DNA from: an uncultured delta proteobacterium
Lineage (GTDB): Bacteria > Myxococcota > Myxococcia > Myxococcales > Myxococcaceae
Length of the DNA stretch: 64,000 nucleotides
Assembly: GCA_963771175.1 (NCBI GenBank)
Contig: CAVYSY010000022.1
Coordinates: 32,001 to 96,000, forward strand
Direction: 5' to 3'
The position numbers and the translations under genes are program-made. How positions within the stretch are numbered: the first letter of the stretch is position 1; every line of letters starts with the position of its first letter. The notes under the pieces are model-generated. The model did not search any database. It was not told the DNA's origin and saw only the letters and a list, made by a program, of their open reading frames with translations. Shown here in pieces: positions 23,625-35,911 of this stretch.

Positions 23625-24131
23625 TTACGCGAGGAACCAGGAGATACGCGCGAGCGGAGTGGCGCTCCGGCGGCGCAACAGGCCCAGGCCCCGACGGCGG
23701 CTCACCCGCGGTAGCAGGGCCTGGTGGACGGACACCTTGCCGGGGCCCGCCAGCAGGAGCCCGAGTGCCGCGGCGATCAGGGACAGGTTGAACTCATACC
23801 CGCCCTTCTGGGCGTCGAAGCCCTTGGAGGCATGCACCTTCGCGATGGCCACGGTCTGCGTGACGATGATGGACAGGGCCGCCGCGCGGGTGCCGATGCC
23901 CAGGAGGTTGAGGGCACCGGCCAGGAGCTCGGTCCAGCCCGTCGCGAGCGCCCAGGGCCGTCCAGGCTTGATGCCGATGTTCTCGAAGAAGCCCGCCGTC
24001 TGCTCCACGCCCTCTTTCTTCAGCTTGGAGAGGCCGTGGTAGACCATCGTCGAGCCGAGCGTGGCCCGTAGGGGCAGTGTGGAGTGCTTCGCCAGAAGTC
24101 CGTTCAACGCCATCGTCCCTGCCACGGCCAT
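23625..24131 (-). CDS. DoxX family membrane protein
   Basis: LRATLGSTMVYHGLSKL, ELLAG..LLGIGTR, KVH...GF..QKGGYEF and LAGPGKVSV. Confidence 0.88.
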   Translation of the reverse strand: MAVAGTMALNGLLAKHSTLPLRATLGSTMVYHGLSKLKKEGVEQTAGFFENIGIKPGRPWALATGWTELLAGALNLLGIGTRAAALSIIVTQTVAIAKVHASKGFDAQKGGYEFNLSLIAAALGLLLAGPGKVSVHQALLPRVSRRRGLGLLRRRSATPLARISWFLA

Positions 24132-24332
24132 GGTGTCCCTCCCGGGAATGTTTGCTCCGGTCACCGTCCGCATTGAAGCCCCTGGCGGCAATCCAGCCCA
24201 GGCGGGTGGATGAGCGCTCGCGTGCCTCCTCGGCATGCCAGCTTGAAGGTGAATGCGAGGTTCGTGCCCGGAGGACTGGTGTGTCGAGGAGGGCGTCTCC
24301 ACCCTGGAAGAACTAGGGCTTCCCCTGTTTCC

Positions 24333-24761
24333 ATGGTGGACGAGGTGCAACTGGTCCACCCGCAGCGGCGCATCGACGTGGTGGCCCAGGGCGACGGCCG
24401 GGGAGAGTGGGATCCGGATCGCCTGGCTCAGGTGCTCACCAACCTCCTCTCCAACGCCCTGAGCTACAGCCCGCCCGACACGCCCGTGACGGTGCGCACG
24501 CGCGGCACCGAGAGCGAGCTGGTGCTGGAGGTACACAACAGGGGCGCGCCCATTCCCGCGGAGCAGCTGCCCCTGCTGTTCGAGCCCCTGGCGCGCGGCG
24601 CCTCGCAGCAGGACCGGATGGGCCGCAGCATCGGCCTGGGCCTCTTCATCGTCCGGCACATCGTGGAGGCGCACGGGGGCTCCATCACCGTGCGCTCGGA
24701 GGAGGAGGGGACGACCTTCACCGTCCACCTGCCTCGCCAGGGCGCTGGGAAACCCACCTGA
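24333..24761 (+). pseudogene. Orphan HATPase_c domain (C-terminal part of a sensor histidine kinase)
   Basis: DPDRLAQVLTNLLSNALSY, VHNRG, GLGLFIVRHIVEAHGG and GTTFTVHLP are present. No HisKA or sensor domain is recognisable upstream. Confidence 0.7.
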
Positions 24762-24815
24762 AACCCGCCCACACTCAACCCCGCGCGGCGCTCGCCTGCC
24801 TGGTGCATCCAGTGC

Positions 24816-24863
24816 TTGACATCTCCCCCCACCCCCGGATTAGTTAGTTTGCGGTCACTAACT
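24816..24863 (+). promoter_or_regulatory. Putative sigma70 promoter with overlapping palindromic operator upstream of the RND operon
   Basis: TTGACA at 24816-24821, followed by the inverted repeat AGTTAGT-N8-ACTAACT (24842-24863) over the presumptive -10 region. Confidence 0.6.
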
Positions 24864-24923
24864 TATCTCGGGCCTGGGAAATCCCCCCTCTTGGAGGGAA
24901 CTCAGGCGCACGGGAGCACGGGT

Positions 24924-26052
24924 ATGCAGAAGCTTCATCGGCAGGGACAGAAGGGCAAGGCGCCAGTGTGGAAGGTGCTGGTGGCGGGCGGGCTGGTGCT
25001 GACGCTGGGCGGCGGTTGTGGCTCGCGAGGGGATGCGGCGCAGACGAAGAGCGCGGCGCAGCAGTCCGCGGCGCCCGAGTCCGCGGTGAAGGCGGACACG
25101 GTGGAGGTGGGCGAGGCGAAGGTTCCGCGCTTCCTCACGCTCACCGGTTCGCTGTCGGCCTACGAGGACTCGGACGTGGCGGCTGGCGCCGACGGGCAAG
25201 GTGGTGTCCGTGCACGTCGAGCGCGGCTCGGTGGTGAGCAAGGGCGACGTGCTGGTGAAGCTGGACGCGCGCGCGGCGTCGGCGAGCCTCGAGGAGGCCC
25301 GGGCCCAGATGACCCTGGCGAAGTCGCAACTGGAGCTGGCCAACGCCGAGTGCGAGCGCAACGAGAAGCTCTTCGAGGGCGGCACCGTCTCCACGGCCGA
25401 CCATGATCGCGCCCAGGCCCAGTGCCGCAACGCGGCGGCGCAGGCCGCCTCCGTCGCCGCGCGCCTGTCGCTGCTGGAGATCAACGCGACGGACACCACC
25501 ATCCGCGCCCCCTTCGACGGCGTGGTGGCCGAGCGCGTGGTGTCCGTGGGCGAGTTCGTCCGTCAGGACTCGCAAGGTGGTGACGCTGGTGTCGCTGGAT
25601 CCGCTGCGGCTGGAGCTCACCGTGCCGGAGTCCTCGGCGGCCTTCATCCAGAAGGAGCAGGCGGTGGAGTTCACCCTGACGGCGGCGCCGAGCGTGGTGC
25701 ACCAGACGAAGGTGTCCTTCGTGGGCGCGGGCCTGCGCCGGGCACGCAGGGATCTGGTGGTGGAGGCGCTCGTGCCCAACAAGGAGCGCGCGCTGCTGCC
25801 GGGCCAGTTCGCCACCGCGAAGGCTGCAGCTGGGCGAGCAGCCGCTGCCGGTGGTGCCGCGCACGGCGGTGCGTGGGGGAGGGCGCTCGCCGCAAGCGTC
25901 TTCGTGGTGAGCGACGGCCGGCTCGAGGAGCGCCTGGTGCAGGTCGGCGAGTCCGCTGGGGACTCGCTGGGCGTGATGGCAGGCGTTCGCGCCGGCGAGC
26001 GCGTGGTGGCGGTGGCGCGGGACGACCTGCGCGACGGCCAGAAGCTGCAGTA
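24924..26052 (+). CDS. RND efflux periplasmic adaptor (membrane fusion protein); frameshifted
   Basis: LTGSLSAYEDSDV, VERGSVVSKGDVLVKLD, TIRAPFDGVV, LRLELTVPE and LLPGQFA. Confidence 0.88.
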
Positions 26053-26069
26053 GGCGAGGGCTACCTCAC

Positions 26070-29000
26070 ATGCAGTGGCTCGCGAGCATCTGTGTCCGTA
26101 AGCCCGTCTTCGCGTCGGTGCTCATCCTGTTCATCTGCGTGCTCGGCGTCGCCGGGTACGTCGAAGCTCAGCGTCGACCGCTTCCCCAAGATCGACTTCC
26201 CCGTCGTGGTGGTGGTGACGCGCCTGCCGGGCGCCGCTCCCGAGGAGATGGAGACGGACGTCACCGAGAAGATCGAGGAGGCGGTCAACACCATCTCCGG
26301 CATCGACGAGATGACCTCCATCACCTCCGAGGGCGTCAGCCAGGTGCTGATCACCTTCGTCCTGGAGAAGGACGTCGACGTGGCCGTGCAGGAGGTGCGC
26401 GACCGCATCGGCCAGATCATCCCCGACCTGCCGCGCGACGCGGAGACGCCGGTGGTGCAGAAGTTCGATCCGGACGCCGTGCCGGTCGTCATCCTGGCGC
26501 GTCCACGGCGGAGCGGCCCGTGCGGGAGATCACCGAGTACGCGGACCGCGTGCTGCGCCGGAGGCTGGAGACGGTGCAGGGCGTGGGCCAGGTGACGCTC
26601 ATCGGTGGCCGCAAGCGCCAGGTGAACGTGTGGATGGACCCGGTGAAGCATGCGGGCGGCGGGCGTGAGCGCGGCGGAGGTGCAGCGCGCCTGGCCGGGC
26701 AGAACCTGTCGATGCCCGGCGGCAGCATCGAGACGGGCCCGGAGCGCCTCACCGCTGCGTCTGCGCGGGCGCGTGCAGCAGCGTGGAGGAGCTGGGCCAG
26801 CTGGTGCTGCGCGAGAGCGACGGCCACATCCTGCGCGTGCGGGACGTGGCCCGGGTGGAGGACGGCGAGGAGGAGGCGGAGACGGCGGCGCCAGCCGCGA
26901 CGGCAAGCCCGCGGTGCTCCTGTCCATCCGCAAGCAGTCCGGTGAGAACACCGTGGCGCTGGTGGAGGAGGTGCGCCGAGCGCGTGGAGCGAGCTGCAGC
27001 CCGACGCTGCCGCGCGGGCTACTCGCTGGAGGTGGTGCGCGACAACTCGGAGACCACCCTCACCAGCGTGAACGCGGTGAAGGAGCACCTGCTGCTGGGC
27101 GGTATCTTCGCCGCCCTGGTGGTGCTGCTCTTCCTGGGAAGCTGGCGCAGCACCCTCATCGCCGCGCTCGCCATCCCCACCTCCATCATCGGCACCTTCG
27201 CGGCTGATGAGCGCGATGGGCCTCAACCTCAACACCATCAGCCTGCTGGCGCTCGCGCTGGCGGTGGGCATCGTCATCGACGACGCCATCGTGGTGCTGG
27301 AGAACATCCACCGCTTCATCCACGAGAAGAAGCTCAAGCCCTTCCCGGCCGCCATCCTGGCCACCAAGGAGATCGGCCTCGCGGTGCTCGCGACCACGCT
27401 GTCGCTCATCGCGGTGTTCCTCCCGGTGGCCTTCATGGGCGGCATCCCCGGGCGCTTCCTGAGCAGCTTCGGCTGGACGATGGCCTTCTCCATCGCCGTG
27501 TCGCTGCTGGTGTCCTTCACCCTCACGCCCATGCTGTGCGGCGCGCTGGCTGATGGGCGGCCGATGGGCCCCGAGCGACGGCCACCACCGCAAGCCGCTG
27601 CTCGAGCGCCTCACCGACAAGGTCTACCTGCCCATCGAGCGCGCCTACGAGCGCTCCCTGCGCTGGGTGATGGCGCACCGCTGGGTGGTGGTGGTGGCGT
27701 CGCTCGCCACGCTCGGCTCGTGCGTGCCTCTCATGGGGGCGGTGCCCAAGGGCTTCCTGCCCAAGAGCGACGAGGCCCTGTTCCAGGTGACCATCCGCGC
27801 TGCCGGAGGGCACCAGCCTGGACTCCACCCGCCTCGTCGCCGAGCGCGTGGCGCGCGACATCCGCGAGAAGCTGCCGGAGACGACGCTCCACGCTCATCA
27901 CCATCGGCGACAACACGGAGCGCGCGCCCAACGTGGCCGGCATCTTCGTGAAGGTCGTCGACCCCGAGCAGCGCACGGACAGCCAGGACGAGCTCATGGG
28001 CCGGGTGCGTCGGGAGATCACCTCCAAGCTGCCCAAGGAGCTGCCGCGTGTCAGCGTGTCCAACGCGCCCCTCTTCAGCGGCGGCGGCTCGCAGGCGGCG
28101 GTCATGTACGTGGTGACGGGCGCCGGACTTCGACGAGCTGGGCAAGCAGGCCAGCATGCTGCTGGAGAAGCTGAAGACGATCCCCGGCGTGGTGGATGCG
28201 GACAGCAACCTCATCGTCGGCAAGCCCGAGGTGAGCGCGTACATCGACCGCTCGCGCGCCGCGGACCTGGGCGTGCAGGTGCCCGGACGTGGCCAGCACG
28301 CTGCAGCTGTTCGTGGGCGGCCTCGACGTGTCCACCTACGTGGAGAACGGCAACCTGTACGACGTGCGCGCTGCGCGCCGAGCCGGGTTCCGCGAGACAG
28401 CCTGGAGGCCCTCGCCCAGCTCACCGTGCCCACCCCGCGGCTCGGGCACCGTGCCGCTGATGGACGTGGTGCGCCTGCAGCGCGAGGAGGGCCCCTCGCA
28501 GCATCAACCGCATGCAACCGCCAGCGGCAGGTGATGCTTATCGGCCAACACCGCGCCCGGCGTGGCTCGGGCCAGATCGTGGACGCAGTTCGACAAGGTC
28601 ATCGCGGAGTCGAAGCTGCCGGCCGGCTACGTCGGCGAAGCCCGTGGGTCAGTCGCGAGATCGGCCGCACGGTGCAGGAACTTCGCTCCTCGCCTTCGCG
28701 CTGTCCTTCATCTTCATGTACCTGATCCTCGCCGCGCAGTTCGAGAGCTGGATCCACCCCATCACCATCCTCCTGTCGCCTGCCGCTCACGGTGCCCTTC
28801 GCGCTGGTGTCGCTGCTCGTGTTCAGGCAGGCGCTCGACATGTACTCGATGCTCGGGCCTGCTGGTGCTCTTCGGCGTGGTGAAGAAGAACTCGATTCTG
28901 CAGATCGACCACACCAACCAGCTGCGGCAGCGAGGGCACTGTCTCGGCTGGAGGCCATCGTCCACGGCAGCCGGACCGTCTGCGTCCCATCCTCATGACC

Positions 29001-29298
29001 ACGCTGTCCTTCGTGGCGGGCATGATTCCGCTGCTGACTGTCCACGGGCATCGGCGCGAGCTTCAACCGCGCCACCGCCGGCGTGGTGGTGGGTGGGCAG
29101 ACGCTGTCGCTGGTGCTCACTCTGCTGGTGACGCCGGTGGCCTACTCGCTGTTGGATGACGTGTCGGCGTGGTTCAAGCGCAAGTTCGGCTCCAAGCGCT
29201 CTCCAGAGGAGACGGGCGAGGCCGAGGTGGCGCGTGCCTATGGCGGCGACTCGCTCGGCGAGCTGCGGCCCGTACACAATAATGAGGAGGCGGCATGA
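26070..29298 (+). CDS. RND efflux permease (AcrB/CzcA superfamily); many frameshifts
   Basis: [65 protein letters not shown] and RPILMT. Confidence 0.9.
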
Positions 29299-30563
29299 TT
29301 TCCCTGCTCGCACTGACCCTGTCCCTGACCGTGAGCGCCGCGACGCCGGTGCTCACGCTGGATGAGGCGCTCCAGGCGGCCCGGCAGGACAACCTGGACT
29401 TGAAGGTGGCGCGGGCCCGGCTGGAGCAGTCGGCGCTGCTGTCCCGCCGGGCGTGGGCTGGCTACCTACCGACGGTCTCGGTGGGTGGCGCCTACACCCG
29501 CAACTCCAACGAAGCGGTGGTGGCGTTCCCCGGGGCCCCGGAGGAGATCGTCATCCAGCCATACGACCAGTTCTCCGCCCAGGCCGAGGTGCGGCAGGCG
29601 ATCATCGCCCCGTCGCTCTGGCCCGCCATCCGCAGCGCGGGCATCGCCGAGGACGTGGCGGAGCTGAACACGGAGAACGTGCGGAGGGAGATCCTCTTCG
29701 CCGTGGCCCAGGCCTACTTCGGGGCGGCGAGCTTCCAGGAGGCCATCCGCGCCGCGCAGTTCCTGCTGGAGGTGAACACGGCGCGCGAGTCGGATACGCA
29801 GAAGCGCTTCGACGCGGGCACGGTGACGCGGGTGGCGCTCCTCCGGGCGCAGCTCGACCGGGCGCGCGCCGAGCAGGATCTGCTGCGGGCCCGCAACGCC
29901 TACTCCTCCTCGCGGCTGGCGCTCGCCACCCTCATCCAGCGGCCGCCGGACTTCACGCTGGAGCTGCCGCCGGTGCCTCAGGTGCCGGCCTCGAACGAGG
30001 ACCTCACGAAGCAGGCCCTGGAGCAGCGGCCGGACGTGGCCGCCGCGCGCCGCAACCTGGACCTGGCGTTGAGCCGCCGGCAGGGCGTGTGGTTCTCCTA
30101 CGCGCCCTCGGTGGGCTTCTCCGGCATCTACCGGGTCAGCAATGCCGCGGGCTTCGCGGGGCGGAGCGACGTGTGGGCCCTGACGCTCAGCGCGCAGTGG
30201 ACGCTGTGGGACGGTGGCTTGCGGGAGGTCAACATGCGCGAGGAGTCCGCTCGCGTGGCCGAGGCCACGGCCCTGCAGAAGCAGTCGGAGTCGCGTGCCA
30301 CGGAGGAGGTGGCCCGTGCCCGGCTGGACTACGAGAGCGCCCGGGCCAACCTGGCCAAGGCCGAGGAGGCGCTGGGACTGGCGCGTGAGACGCAGCGCCT
30401 CACGGAGATCAGCTTCAAGGCGGGCGTGGCCACGTACCTCGAGGTGGCGGACGCCAACGCCGCGCTGACGAGCTCCGAGGTGGGCGCCATCTCCGAGCGC
30501 CTGCAGACGTCGCTGGCGGCCCTGAGACTGCTCCGGGCGGCCGGCCTCTTCATGGCGGAGTAG
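29295..30563 (+). CDS. TolC family outer membrane efflux protein
   Basis: Signal peptide, LTLDEAL..A...N, YLPTVS, RPDV and FKAGVATYLEV; follows the RND permease. Confidence 0.92.
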   Translation: MISLLALTLSLTVSAATPVLTLDEALQAARQDNLDLKVARARLEQSALLSRRAWAGYLPTVSVGGAYTRNSNEAVVAFPGAPEEIVIQPYDQFSAQAEVRQAIIAPSLWPAIRSAGIAEDVAELNTENVRREILFAVAQAYFGAASFQEAIRAAQFLLEVNTARESDTQKRFDAGTVTRVALLRAQLDRARAEQDLLRARNAYSSSRLALATLIQRPPDFTLELPPVPQVPASNEDLTKQALEQRPDVAAARRNLDLALSRRQGVWFSYAPSVGFSGIYRVSNAAGFAGRSDVWALTLSAQWTLWDGGLREVNMREESARVAEATALQKQSESRATEEVARARLDYESARANLAKAEEALGLARETQRLTEISFKAGVATYLEVADANAALTSSEVGAISERLQTSLAALRLLRAAGLFMAE

Positions 30564-30623
30564 GGGAGGGCCGCGAGGCCCCCGGGTGCCGAGGGCTCCG
30601 CTCCACGTGGGCGGGGCCCTCTC

Positions 30624-31211
30624 TCATTCCCAGGACAGCTCGTACACGGTGTCGAGCGGTCCCGTCGGTCGCGCGTGGATCTCCACCCCCCGCACCTGGG
30701 CGGCGGCGAACGTGGCCTCCAGCCCGGCATGCGTGTAGGGGCGGGGCATGAAGTCGCGGTTGTAGGTGAAGAGGGCGCTGTGCGGCCCCGTCAATCGGGC
30801 CGAGACCTCCGCGTCCTTCCTCGTGAGCTTGAAGGCGGGGGGGAGGGCATGGAGCAGCCGCGCCGGGCCTCCCCGGGCCAGCAGCAGCACCGTCCTTCCG
30901 GCCGTGGACCCGTTGAATCTCGCCGCCGTCTGGTGGCCCATGTGCCACACCGCCTGATCGAAGCTCCCAAACCTGCCACCCAGGAGCCACGCCGCGCTGT
31001 AGGTCATCTGGACGAGCGAGCCCATGGGGTAGTTGAAGAAGTCCATGAAGCGCCGCTCACCGGCCGCCTCGAGGCACTGCTCCACGGCGCGCTCATCCGC
31101 CAGTTGCCGCACCGTCTCCAGCACGCTGTTGAACACGATCCCGCGCACGGTCACCGAGGAATCGACGAGGGACAGCCGCCACTGCAGCTCTTCTTTCGAG
31201 CCGACGTCCAT
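30624..31211 (-). CDS. DUF2378 family (myxobacterial paralogous family) protein
   Basis: TVRGIVFNSVL, FMDFFNYP, ST.GRTVLLLA and final YELSW are typical of this family. Confidence 0.8.
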   Translation of the reverse strand: MDVGSKEELQWRLSLVDSSVTVRGIVFNSVLETVRQLADERAVEQCLEAAGERRFMDFFNYPMGSLVQMTYSAAWLLGGRFGSFDQAVWHMGHQTAARFNGSTAGRTVLLLARGGPARLLHALPPAFKLTRKDAEVSARLTGPHSALFTYNRDFMPRPYTHAGLEATFAAAQVRGVEIHARPTGPLDTVYELSWE

Positions 31212-31344
31212 CAGCAGCCTTTCGCCTGGAAGGCCCGAGCCGCCTCGGGTCTCCAGATGGGCCCACACGGGGTGGCCCGAGAGTGTGGAACACTCCCCCC
31301 ACCCTCAGCCTACGTCGTTGTGCCGGGTGCCGGTAAGGGGGGCC

Positions 31345-32529
31345 CTATTGTCCACGGCCCGTGACGATGGCCTCGAAGCGCGCGTAGCGCCGGGCCAGGC
31401 GCGAGTAGTCGCTCGGGCGGATGTCGCGCTGGTCCAGCGTCCGGGCCAGGTCCTCCCGAGCGGCGAGGTAGTCCGCGGCCGGCAGCCCACAGGCCTGCTC
31501 CAGGGCCCGTGCCGCCTCGTCCTCCGGCAGCGTGAGGGGGATGCCCAGCCGCTCATGCATCCGCCGACGGAGTTGCCGTGCCAGCTCCGGCACCAGCTCG
31601 TGCTCCACCTTCGAGCGCCGTGCCAGCCAACCCAGCGAGTGGACATACTCCAGCGCCGAGCGGTGCTTCTCCACCACCAGCGGCCTCGGGGGACCGAAGC
31701 GCGTGCCGCGCGACACCCCGTAGATCAGCCCCACCAGCAGGGCCTGCGCCGCGAACACCCACAGGCCGCGGGCCGAGGGGGGTTCCTTCCGAGGACCCAG
31801 GCCGTGGTGGTACTCGTCGAACACCAGGGGGCCCCGCGCCGCCAGCGCGTCCCAGAAGCGCAGGTTGTCGAGCAGCTCCAGCCGCCGGTTCTCCGCCAGG
31901 TCCGCGCCCGCCAGCACGTACACCTCGCCGACTCCCTCTGGCATCCGCCACAGCACCGCGGAGCCTCGCGCTCCCGCGAGCGGGACCGCTTCCGGCCGGC
32001 CCACCATGACGCCTCGATCCAGCGCCACGCGGAAGTGCTCCAGGTCACGAGCCGCGCCCGTTGGCACCCAGACCCGCGCCGTCGTCCCCGTGAGATCCTT
32101 CTCCTCCGGCCCCAGTCCCTCGGAGCCCGGCGGGAGCAGCGGCCCGTCGGAGACCTGGAGCCAGTCGTCCAGTTGCGGCTGTTGCACCTTCGAATCCCGC
32201 GACACCAGATAGACGAGCGTCCCGCCCTCGCGGATCCACTTCCGCAGGGTCTCGAGCTCGGACTCCGTCACGGGCCGTCCCGTCGGCGCCGCCACCACCA
32301 CCGTCCGCGCGCCCGCCAGAGGCCCTGCGTCACCGAGGGACTCCTGGAGTGCCGACACGGGCGCGCCGGACTCCTGGAGGTACAGGTACAGGGCTCGCAG
32401 ACCGAGAGGTCCCGGGTTGTCCACCGAGGGCACCGTCGACTGGGGCGTCGTCTGGTTCGCCGCGAGCCCCAGCCCCAGTGCCAGCGTCACCAGCACGCCA
32501 TAGATGGCCGCCGTCCTCAGGCCCTTCAT
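31345..32529 (-). CDS. DUF4350 domain protein
   Basis: N-terminal TM, PSVDNPGPLGLRAL, L..WIREGGTLV, N..L...DN, FDEYHHG and RFGPP...RSALEYV. Confidence 0.8.
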   Translation of the reverse strand: MKGLRTAAIYGVLVTLALGLGLAANQTTPQSTVPSVDNPGPLGLRALYLYLQESGAPVSALQESLGDAGPLAGARTVVVAAPTGRPVTESELETLRKWIREGGTLVYLVSRDSKVQQPQLDDWLQVSDGPLLPPGSEGLGPEEKDLTGTTARVWVPTGAARDLEHFRVALDRGVMVGRPEAVPLAGARGSAVLWRMPEGVGEVYVLAGADLAENRRLELLDNLRFWDALAARGPLVFDEYHHGLGPRKEPPSARGLWVFAAQALLVGLIYGVSRGTRFGPPRPLVVEKHRSALEYVHSLGWLARRSKVEHELVPELARQLRRRMHERLGIPLTLPEDEAARALEQACGLPAADYLAAREDLARTLDQRDIRPSDYSRLARRYARFEAIVTGRGQ

Positions 32530-33408
32530 GCCGATGCCCCCGCCAGCCCCTGGTGGAGCCGCTCCACCTCGTCCACGAAGCGCGCCGCGTCCTCCGAGGG
32601 CACCGGCTCGAGCGAGTAGAAGGCCCGGTCGTACCAGTGCACCAGCCGCTCCACCTCGCGCGTGAGCTGCGTGGAGGCGCCGCGCCCGGGCAGCTCACTC
32701 ACCAGCTCGCGGTTCGTCTTCACGCGATCCGGTCGCGCCAGCCGCTTCGTCTCCAGCGAGGACAGCAGCGCCAGCAGCCCCTCGCGGATGGCCTCGCGCG
32801 GCTGTCCGCCCAGTGCCGCCCGCGCCCGCGACAGGTGCTCGCCCGGGGAGTCGAGCACCAACGCCGCCGCGGCTCCCGTGGCCCGTCTGCTTCCCTCGCC
32901 GCGTGGGAGCCCTCCGCCAGTGGCGCAGGCGCAGCACGGCGAAGAGCACCACCGCGAACCCCAGCACCAGCACCGCCGTCCGGGTGCTCGTCGCGAAGCT
33001 CTGGGCCTCGCGCGTCTGCAGCAGCTCCTCCAGCCAGTCCTTCAACGTTCGCATCAACCGCTGGAGCAGATCTCCCTGGCGCTGCCTCGCCTGGGCGAAC
33101 TCGGGTCGGGAGAGGATCTCCTGGAGCCGGGCCTGGTCGGTCCGGGGCAGGGGGCTCTCCGTGTTCGTGGATGCTTCCGGGGCGCAGGCGGCTTGGAGGC
33201 GGCGGGTCGCCGTCTCCGCGCGCTTCTCGGGCGTGTCGTCCTCCCGCGAGCGCAGCGGCAGGCCCTCCCAGCGCTGCTCCAGGGTGGAGAGGTACGCGTC
33301 CAGCTCCGCCGGCTGCTGCCGGGCCACCTCCGTGAGCTGTTGTACCTCCAGGGCCTGGTTCTCGCAGGGCAGCGCCGCGAGCCATAGCAGCGCCAGACCC
33401 GCCGTCAT
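32526..33408 (-). CDS. DUF4129 domain protein; frameshift near 32860
   Basis: EILSRPEF, one TM, then REAIR...L..L...KTNRE...YDRAFYS C-terminal domain. Confidence 0.72.
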
Positions 33409-34448
33409 GCGGCCACCGAGGGCGTCGAGCGAGCCTTCATGCGCTGCTCGAGATCCAGTCCCTCCCGGCGCACGCGCATGTCCAGGTAGAACAGCGCGTA
33501 GAAGACGAGCCCCAGCGGGCTGAACACCGCCTGTCCCACGACCTGGAGCAGCTCGGCGGGGACGAGGAGGGCCTGCGGCACCGGGTTGGCCGCCGCGGCG
33601 ATGGGGTCGAGCGGGTTGCCGTAGGTGAACTGGACGATCAGCGCGGGCAGCCCGGACAGGACGCTCACCGCGATGAGGATGACCGACACCACGGTCACGA
33701 GGATCATCGCCCGAACCTTCACGCGGCCGGTGAAGCCCGGCTCCACCCGTCCGGAGAGCAGCTCCCCCGAGCGCCGGAAGGCCCCCATCGCCGACAGCTC
33801 CTCCATGGCCAGCACCGGCCCCAGCAGCGAGAAGCGCAGCAGGTACCAGAGGAGCCCGCCCAGCACGCCGAGCATCACCAGCAGGATGCCCACCACGAGC
33901 ACGATGCCACCACCGAGCCGGGGGCCCGGATCGCTCGACACCCCGAGCATCGCCGCGCCCGCCCCGGTCACCAGCCCACCGGGCAGTGCCATCAGCAGGT
34001 TGGCGCCCAGACCCCAGAGCAGGGAGAGCGCGTACGCGCCGGTGAACGACCCGAGCCGCTTCAGCCCGCGCCGCACGCCCTCGGCCGGAGGCACCGGCTC
34101 ACCGAGTTGGGCCGGCACCACGTACCGGGCCACGACCAGGGTGGACAGCCAGTAGAGCCAGAAGGTCGCCACCAGTGTCCCGGCCGTCACGAGGAGGAAC
34201 TGGGCATAGCCGATCGCGACCGCCTCCATGTCCCCTTCGCCCTTCGCCGCGCCCTGGAGCAACTGGATGGTGCTCTGCATGACGAGCTGCATGGCCTTGG
34301 TGAGGATGTAGGTGAGCAGGTTGAAGCCGAAGCTGAGCAGGAAGAGATGCTTGAGGTGCTTGCGCCAGAACGTGGCCGAGCGGTCGATGATCTCACCGAT
34401 CGCCAGGGGACGCAGATCCGAAGGAGGAGGGCTCACGGGCCGCAGCAT
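33405..34448 (-). CDS. Integral membrane protein (LRPL.IGEI.D / YLDMRVRREGLDL family)
   Basis: Multi-TM protein with these terminal motifs, usually found with DUF4129 and DUF4350 genes. Confidence 0.75.
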   Translation of the reverse strand: MLRPVSPPPSDLRPLAIGEIIDRSATFWRKHLKHLFLLSFGFNLLTYILTKAMQLVMQSTIQLLQGAAKGEGDMEAVAIGYAQFLLVTAGTLVATFWLYWLSTLVVARYVVPAQLGEPVPPAEGVRRGLKRLGSFTGAYALSLLWGLGANLLMALPGGLVTGAGAAMLGVSSDPGPRLGGGIVLVVGILLVMLGVLGGLLWYLLRFSLLGPVLAMEELSAMGAFRRSGELLSGRVEPGFTGRVKVRAMILVTVVSVILIAVSVLSGLPALIVQFTYGNPLDPIAAAANPVPQALLVPAELLQVVGQAVFSPLGLVFYALFYLDMRVRREGLDLEQRMKARSTPSVAA

Positions 34449-34479
34449 ACTTGCGGCACGGTCGGGTGGGGGAAGACCC

Positions 34480-35116
34480 TCATCGGGGCCCTGGCCCCAA
34501 GGGAGCGGCGAGGGCGCACAGGGTCCTCGCGGCGGCTCCCGGGTCTTCCGCCTCCAGCACCCCGGAGATGACCGCGAAGCCCGCCGCCCCTCCGAGCAGC
34601 GAGGGCACGCTCGGGGGTGATGCCTCCGAGCGCCAGGGCGGGGCAGGGCAGGGCCGCGGCCAGGGCCCGGAAGCCCTCGGGTCCCAGCGTGGGCCGCGTG
34701 TCCTCCGGCTTCGAGCCCGGCGCGAACACCGGGCTCACCAGCGCCAGGTCCGCGCCCTCGCGCCCGCCGAGCCTCCTCGCGCGTCGTGCACCGCCACGCT
34801 CACGAGGCGACCCGCCGGCAGGTGCGGGCGCACGTCCTCCGGGCGTCAGGCCCCCCGCCGGCAGGTGCAGGTGCGCGCCCACGAGCAGCGCCACGTCCAG
34901 CCGGCCGTTGATGAAGAGCGGGATTGCCCCGCGCCCGGCACAGCGCCGGCGAGCAGCCGGGCCTCCTCGAGGAAGCTGCGCGGGGGCGGCCTCCGGGTGA
35001 CGGTGCTGCACGGCCACCTCGGGGCCCGACGTCCAGCGCCCGCTCCAGAGCGCGCCAGCAGCTGCTCCCGCGGGCAGGCGCCAGTCGGTGATGACCATCA
35101 GCCGCGGGACGCGACC

Positions 35117-35120
<4 letters not shown>
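34480..35120 (-). CDS. thiE: Thiamine phosphate synthase (frameshifted; start approximate)
   Basis: [37 protein letters not shown] and GFAVISGVL; downstream of thiG. Confidence 0.8.
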
Positions 35121-35902
<782 letters not shown>

Positions 35903-35911
35903 TGCTCGCTC

